Below are positions 60,601 through 64,000 of a stretch of DNA of 64,000 nucleotides, one piece after another; position 1 is the stretch's first letter; each line of letters begins with the position of its first letter. The notes below the pieces were generated by a model, which saw only the letters and a program-made list of their open reading frames with translations, made no database searches and was not told the DNA's origin. The position numbers and the translations under genes were made by a program. Where the stretch lies: assembly GCA_050287845.1 (NCBI GenBank), contig JBNKCR010000077.1, forward strand, positions 1-64,000, given 5' to 3'. The stretch comes from Polyangia bacterium (GTDB taxonomy: Bacteria; Myxococcota_A; Polyangia; JAAYKL01).

Positions 60601-62603
60601 CGAAGGAATGGAATGTGGATTACTGCGGTGTGATGGATGGGGAAGCGCACAGTCGCATTTCTGATACGGCGCTTTCCACGGCGATTTTTGCGCTGTCAGA
60701 ATGGCCGGGGGCTGCGGTGATTGAAGCCCATCCGGAACAGATACTGGCATGGCGTGCGATGGACAGTGAAGAAATCACAGATACAACGGACATTGTGGGG
60801 AAAACCTCGGCGACTGATGATATTGCATGGCAGGATTCGGATGTGCTGCTGGTGGTGGGCGCCACGGGAATTACGGTAAGAATTGCAGAGGCGTTCTCCA
60901 GACAGCATCCGGTGAAAATGGCTCTGTTGGATTTGAACCCGCTGTCCGAGAACAGTTACCTGGGGCCGGAGTGGGATGAAGAGAATCATCCGGCCCGGAA
61001 AAATGACATTCTTCAACGGTTGCAGGCCGAAGGGGGGAAATTTCGGCCGGTGGTGCTGGAACAGGAGTTTCAACGAATTCTGAAACAGCGGGAATTGCAA
61101 CGGAACATTCAATTGCTGGAAAGCAATCATACGACCGTGATGTATCTGAGCTGCGATGTGACGGACGCGGATGCGGTACAGCAGGCGGTGAACACCATAC
61201 AGCAGAAGCTGGGGCCCATTACCGGGATTATTCACGGCGCCGGCGTTGAAATCAGCAACATGATTGGCCAAAAGACCAAAGAAGAGTTTCTGAAAGTTAC
61301 CCGTCCCAAAATTGAAGGGGCAGAAAATCTGCTGGAGTTTGCTACTTCGGACAGGTTGAAGCTGTGGCTGTGTTTTTCTTCGATTTCGGGCGTTTTCGGA
61401 AATGCTGCTCAGGTGGATTACTCAGCGGCCAATTCATTTTTGAATTCTGTCACGCTGTCGCTGCAGGAACAGAACCCCAATGTGGTTGCCAGATGTATTG
61501 CCTGGTCCGGCTGGGCCCAGACCGGTATGGCCTGGCGAAACACCTATGTCAGAGAGAACGCCGAGAAAATCGGACTACATTTTATTATGCCGGAAGAGGG
61601 TTGCGACAAAGCAGTTTCGTTAATGTCAAATACCACAGGACCGTCTATTCAGGTAGTGCACAGGGGACTGGGTCACATGCTGGATAACAGATGGCAGAGC
61701 CGTTCCGGGTTTCCAACGCCGCTGATTGATCGGATGGAAAAAACCGAATCCGGGTTCCGTTTCTATAAAAAACTGGATGTGAACGCCGATGAATGGCTGA
61801 ACCAGCATCGTCTGCTGGATACGCCGCTGCTTCCCGGGGTTGGATATCTGGAGATGATGGCCGAAATTTACGGCCGGAACAACGGTTTTAAAAACGGTAT
61901 CTGTTATGAAAACCTGGCTTTTCATGATGCATTTAAATTGACCGGTGAAGTGCCCAGGGAGATTTTCATCGATACATCTGTCGATGCGGAAAAGTGCGGT
62001 GTACCGGTTTCCATGAAAATATTTTCTGAAATTAAAGGCCGTCTGTTCTCGGATATGCACCTGTATTGTACAGCTACGGTGAGCAGCGCGGGAGAAAAAC
62101 CACTGTTGCAGGAAGTGTGGCAGGAACCGGACTGGATCGAAACTGCGGACCATTTCAAGGTGTTTGAGGGAATCGAAAAATTGCCTCAGAATGTGATTTT
62201 CGGAAATCTGTTTCACGACTTCAAACGGGAAGGCGCCAATCTGGATGGGATGCGGTATCAATGGAATGATCAGGCATTGGTGCGGGATTACGGGTTTCCG
62301 ATGGAACAGTTGGACAATCCGAAATATCCATTGTCCGATTATAAAATAAATTTTTGTCTGATGGATTCCCTGCATCAGGCAGGCGTGGTACATACGGTGC
62401 TGCAGACCGGAAAAGTCCATCTGCCGTGCGGTGCAAGCCAGTTTGTTATTTATGACAAATGTGACTCGCCAGAGCGCTACAGGAATCATGCCCGATGTGT
62501 GCGAAGAGAAAAAGACACGTTCTGGTATGATATATTTCTGACAAACAGCAGAGGCAACGTGTGTGCAACGGTGTTCGGATGTGAGTTCAGAAAAATATCC
62601 TGA
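54654..62603 (+). CDS. Iterative type I PKS/FAS-like megasynthase, KS-AT-KS-ACP-ACP-KR-DH
   Basis: KS1: DAACAS/EAHGT/NIGH. AT: FPGQASQY, GHSAG, HAFHS. KS2: NAACSS/SHET/TGH. Two LGIDTVK ACPs. KR: HGAG..DYSAAN. DH: HRLLDTPLLPG..MDSLHQ. Confidence 0.93.
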   Translation: MSERKLKEQIAVVSMGCILPDAPNPEVFWQNVLNKKVSIGKSGGDRFDREVHFRPEMYGKTEKFDKTYTEIGSAEAAFEFDGRRFRLPPTVTRHMDSNQKVMVLSTEQALSAVKSDTWNREKVSVFVGTSFIGELHHAFQRRTHWDRFSYHLKRHPDFSGLDEQKQSAVLKDLEHRFLKGTYMISEDSAPGVLPNIIAARVSSVFDFHGHAYVLDAACASTLAAIIAGVQHLESGESDVVICGGADLLNAELGRVYFSGINALSPDGSYPFDVRANGFVVGEGGGAVILKRYSDAIADGDQILALISGYGQNSDGKGKAIAAPNFKWQAKSISDAFRMAGFSPDTVELIEAHGTATKVGDKSEIDALKTCYEALGARRQQFCAVGSAKSNIGHLKAAAGVPGFIKAVMSLHHKVLPPTASCETVNPALQLEGSPFFINTETRDWPKTDHPRRAGVSGFGFGGANYHIVLEEFREADVEKKLADIRQIKSTPSISTAAVSVSETNKSPDAAASGPKESWLTLMVSGADTDELCGELSRILTEVSDGVSRNENMLNLVLKENFSAVSTATHRLGIAFLGRVELRTKIKAALEMLSKEPFEQVASQWALLAQKGIFYRNTPPVKRDEVAFLFPGQASQYPDMCLSLEEGYPHLKGFTVPMDSYWESHCGTPISELISSAGRGVEATASLLKNTRNTHPALLYGSVLCHEILRQHGVEAGFMVGHSAGEISALKAAGVLNLKNALLLMDSRSSSFVEMPKNLPDGGVDCGKMAAVKTDREKLDALVAESGASVSLANLNSPTQLIVSGFTRDMDAFLSFLSARKIGFVELNVSHAFHSPVVQPAAEQYRKDLELIVFQKGETPVYANETCTAYPEDPTVPGAEDQIRDMLYRQITGSVNFMGTIEKLAREGVRLFVEVGPNQVLSQLTRTILDGKNVSIVPSNPKKKSDMEGMQSCIAALFAEGVAVQYVAPATGHARPSAENEALPLSPAPAQNVQVQYPGPAIGYSGVSVGLPGSYKKSFRDDNFEQLFAGHNFIEALTEKEKSNLASLRVNKVVKTSQGPSFHLLDSLESVIQLAGKVGQIDALKDYQIDQSEIDQMNQAILHGVAAGFEALRDARIPLVHQYNKTASGGLLPDRWVLPRSMQRRTGVIYAHGFPMVETVVAEVTRHLNYRFAGVGRKNQLAFYHQLLPLIENTEAKDILTNWFVENQAMLKNACSDDEVFKFNHLFINQISSLANVRMAQYIQALGPNFQLNAACSSTCTAITLSEEMIASGRVDRMLIIGSDDATSELSMPYLGAGFLSTGAASCESDVREAALPFDERRNGMIISAGAVALVVERMDAARERGLRPVCQLLGSHVFNTAGHHARLNVPRYADELKYFIDEMVAQYGLDVDTLSKKLMYVSHETYTPARGGCSEAEAVSLRHVFKDNFRNILVTNTKGMTGHIMGASVEDVLAARALECGKVPPVVNFRVPDPKLEGLNLSRGGRHRCEFALRMAAGFGSQGNYILLRRYGDVIEEGAMVNPLNPRSDHRIEDAGRYLDWLREVSNDSAPELEFSGRLLRVKDAKMGAVVSDSSDVAPAPDSPGETPASAPVSAAHPFSGTADESTRGPATVAVKETRTATRGEIQRLVFSVVAEVTGYAPEMIEADMEVENDLGIDTVKQATILSTLGEKLGVADEFEFQIAAYPTVASWIDLFMGLSARGETINQTDITATMPIVAMENDTVPPPSVRNATRAQIQELVFTVVSEITGYAPEMIEPDMEVENDLGIDTVKQATILSMLGEKLGVADEFEFQIAAYPTVTSWIDLFMGLTGAGGEAHSAKAAAAVETETETDNSMNLQGAPRKLNTHYLVREPLAFETAKKILAKTADLKSCRLFIIGPVSRFEMLRSRLHRITGELIHVDLSVNRIAEAVSRVRSGGTLPLRDVWMDLSAYEIGADVQDMLSAHFDFCKKLDDQRPNRIVSIGRQSPTYGALVGYYQALSKEWNVDYCGVMDGEAHSRISDTALSTAIFALSEWPGAAVIEAHPEQILAWRAMDSEEITDTTDIVGKTSATDDIAWQDSDVLLVVGATGITVRIAEAFSRQHPVKMALLDLNPLSENSYLGPEWDEENHPARKNDILQRLQAEGGKFRPVVLEQEFQRILKQRELQRNIQLLESNHTTVMYLSCDVTDADAVQQAVNTIQQKLGPITGIIHGAGVEISNMIGQKTKEEFLKVTRPKIEGAENLLEFATSDRLKLWLCFSSISGVFGNAAQVDYSAANSFLNSVTLSLQEQNPNVVARCIAWSGWAQTGMAWRNTYVRENAEKIGLHFIMPEEGCDKAVSLMSNTTGPSIQVVHRGLGHMLDNRWQSRSGFPTPLIDRMEKTESGFRFYKKLDVNADEWLNQHRLLDTPLLPGVGYLEMMAEIYGRNNGFKNGICYENLAFHDAFKLTGEVPREIFIDTSVDAEKCGVPVSMKIFSEIKGRLFSDMHLYCTATVSSAGEKPLLQEVWQEPDWIETADHFKVFEGIEKLPQNVIFGNLFHDFKREGANLDGMRYQWNDQALVRDYGFPMEQLDNPKYPLSDYKINFCLMDSLHQAGVVHTVLQTGKVHLPCGASQFVIYDKCDSPERYRNHARCVRREKDTFWYDIFLTNSRGNVCATVFGCEFRKIS

Positions 62604-62656
62604 GTCAGTCAGGTTCCACACACTCCGGACAAATACAGTTCAGGAAAAACGCTTAC

Positions 62657-63382
62657 ATGTTAGACTTTCTGACCAATATGCCCTGTACTTCGATTTCCCT
62701 TGCCAAATTGGATGACGGTGAGCTACACATTCGGGGCGTTGATAAAAGTTCAAGTTGGAAGCAGTTTAAGCAATTACTTTATTTCAGGTTGAGATGCGCT
62801 GTGGAGATTGAACCCTTAATCAATTGGCGGACTTGCTTCACAAATGATGCAACAATGCCCCTGAAGAATATGAAGCTTGAAGGGATTCGTCATCCACAAC
62901 GTCAAGTGAGTCGATTGGCGGGAAGAGCCGCTGCCAGGCGCGCGGCGAAAGTTTGGCTCAAAGACGACCAGACTGCGAATCTGGAAGTGTCCAATTTGCC
63001 CTCGGGAAAACCGCAATTTAATTTTTACCCCGACCTTCACCTGAGTATTTCTCACTCTGGAGATTTGGCTGCAGCCAGCGTCAGCCCTGAACCCCATGGT
63101 ATTGATTTGGAACGGATGGAATCACGGCCCGCTTCGTTGATGCGATATTTTTTTTCATCTGCGGAACAGCAATGGATTGAGAACAGCACCAATCCGTTGA
63201 CTGCCCTGCATGTGCTGTGGACGCGGAAGGAAGCGGTCAGCAAACTGCTGGGCAAAGGTGGACAACTGGGGTTCAGGAATCTGTCTGTTCTGGATGGGGA
63301 AACATCCTGGAAATTTCTGAGTTGTACCATTGGCAATTACATGTGCAGTCTGGCTCATTTTTCGGGGGAGGGTGCAAAGTGA
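62657..63382 (+). CDS. 4'-phosphopantetheinyl transferase (Sfp-type)
   Basis: SGKP, SISHSG, GIDLE and WTRKEAVSK. The true start is probably further downstream (about 62801). Confidence 0.9.
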   Translation: MLDFLTNMPCTSISLAKLDDGELHIRGVDKSSSWKQFKQLLYFRLRCAVEIEPLINWRTCFTNDATMPLKNMKLEGIRHPQRQVSRLAGRAAARRAAKVWLKDDQTANLEVSNLPSGKPQFNFYPDLHLSISHSGDLAAASVSPEPHGIDLERMESRPASLMRYFFSSAEQQWIENSTNPLTALHVLWTRKEAVSKLLGKGGQLGFRNLSVLDGETSWKFLSCTIGNYMCSLAHFSGEGAK

Positions 63383-64000
63383 AGGAAGCCAGCTCCAGAT
63401 ATGTGGATCAGATTACTCTGGAAAAACTGGTAACGGAAAAACTCGCCAAAGTGCATCATTTTCCCAGAACCGGAATCGATTTTAATGATGCTTTTTTTGC
63501 CGATTGGCAGGAATATCTGGTCCGCACAGAGCGTTCTTTTCAGAATGACAGCGGATTTCCAGAACCGATTTCTGAGACCGAATGGCGGTTTCAGTCCCTT
63601 GTCCACTGCGACTACGCCGAGAACTGCAATTTCAAGGTGCAGCATTTTAAAAGCGCGGCGCCGGTTGCCAATCTCCTTTTTTATCATGGACTGTTTGAAG
63701 AAAACCGGGAAATTTATCACTTTCTGTTTGAGAACCTCACGCGTCTCGGACTCGATGTGTATTTCTGTACGATGCCCTTTCATTACGAACGGATTCCCGA
63801 ACAATCCGCGTTCAGTGGTGAGTTTTTCTGGAGCGCATATTTTGAGCGGACCCGAAACGCTTTTCGTCAGGCGGTCTGTGATTTTCACCTGGTGCGCAGC
63901 TGGATTGAAAAACAATCATCGTTGCCGCTGATGATTGGCGGATTCAGCATGGGCGGCGCCGTGGCGCTGATTTACAGCTCTTTTCATCGAACCCGAACTC
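63379..64000 (+). CDS. Alpha/beta hydrolase, partial (runs off the window)
   Basis: GTGA overlap with the PPTase stop; open frame MKEASSRYVD...FYHGLFE...MPFHYER...IGGFSMGG (GxSxG). Absent from the ORF track because it has no stop in the window. Confidence 0.85.
   Translation, partial: MKEASSRYVDQITLEKLVTEKLAKVHHFPRTGIDFNDAFFADWQEYLVRTERSFQNDSGFPEPISETEWRFQSLVHCDYAENCNFKVQHFKSAAPVANLLFYHGLFEENREIYHFLFENLTRLGLDVYFCTMPFHYERIPEQSAFSGEFFWSAYFERTRNAFRQAVCDFHLVRSWIEKQSSLPLMIGGFSMGGAVALIYSSFHRTRT

Noticed and set aside
63355..63931. ORF-track calls 63355-63915 (-) and 63485-63931 (+)
   Set aside because: The frame starting at GTG 63379 carries the hydrolase motifs and is coupled to the PPTase.
1..64000. 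tRNA, rRNA, riboswitch, integron integrase or attC sites
   Set aside because: None recognised by eye; covariance-model searches would be needed to exclude them.

Overview
Bacterial DNA. The gene style (many lipoproteins with Asp-Thr/Asp-Ser stalks, a TPR/PEGA-lipoprotein pair, Cys-rich micro-domains) suggests a deltaproteobacterium (Myxococcota/Desulfobacterota-like); this placement is inference. Layout: (1) 1-10.6 kb is a plastic region. It holds the probable 5' end of an HUH/Y1 (RAYT-like) transposase, three clusters of related stuttered ~30-bp repeats, a duplicated 145-bp segment, gene fragments, a two-kinase pair and a large lipoprotein. (2) Trehalose-6P synthase/phosphatase, GH15 and a cupin. 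(3) About nine acidic-stalk lipoproteins with different heads (amidohydrolase, SGNH, GH29, beta-helix, esterase, beta-propeller, unknown). (4) Patatin, a PAS kinase, a MITE, a ferritin-like protein and zwf-pgl-gnd. (5) Two BON paralogues, FapA, a HAD phosphatase, an M16 peptidase pair, DTW, PrsW and a DUF1016-nuclease fusion. (6) From 51.8 kb to the end, a biosynthetic cluster: acyl-CoA ligase, aminotransferase, a 2649-aa PKS/FAS (KS-AT-KS-ACP-ACP-KR-DH), PPTase and an alpha/beta hydrolase. The two best candidates for undescribed biology are the PKS whose two ACPs carry Thr instead of the canonical Ser, and the transposase-associated repeat/cassette locus. No rRNA, tRNA or CRISPR array was recognised. 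All calls are by-eye motif recognition; no searches were run.
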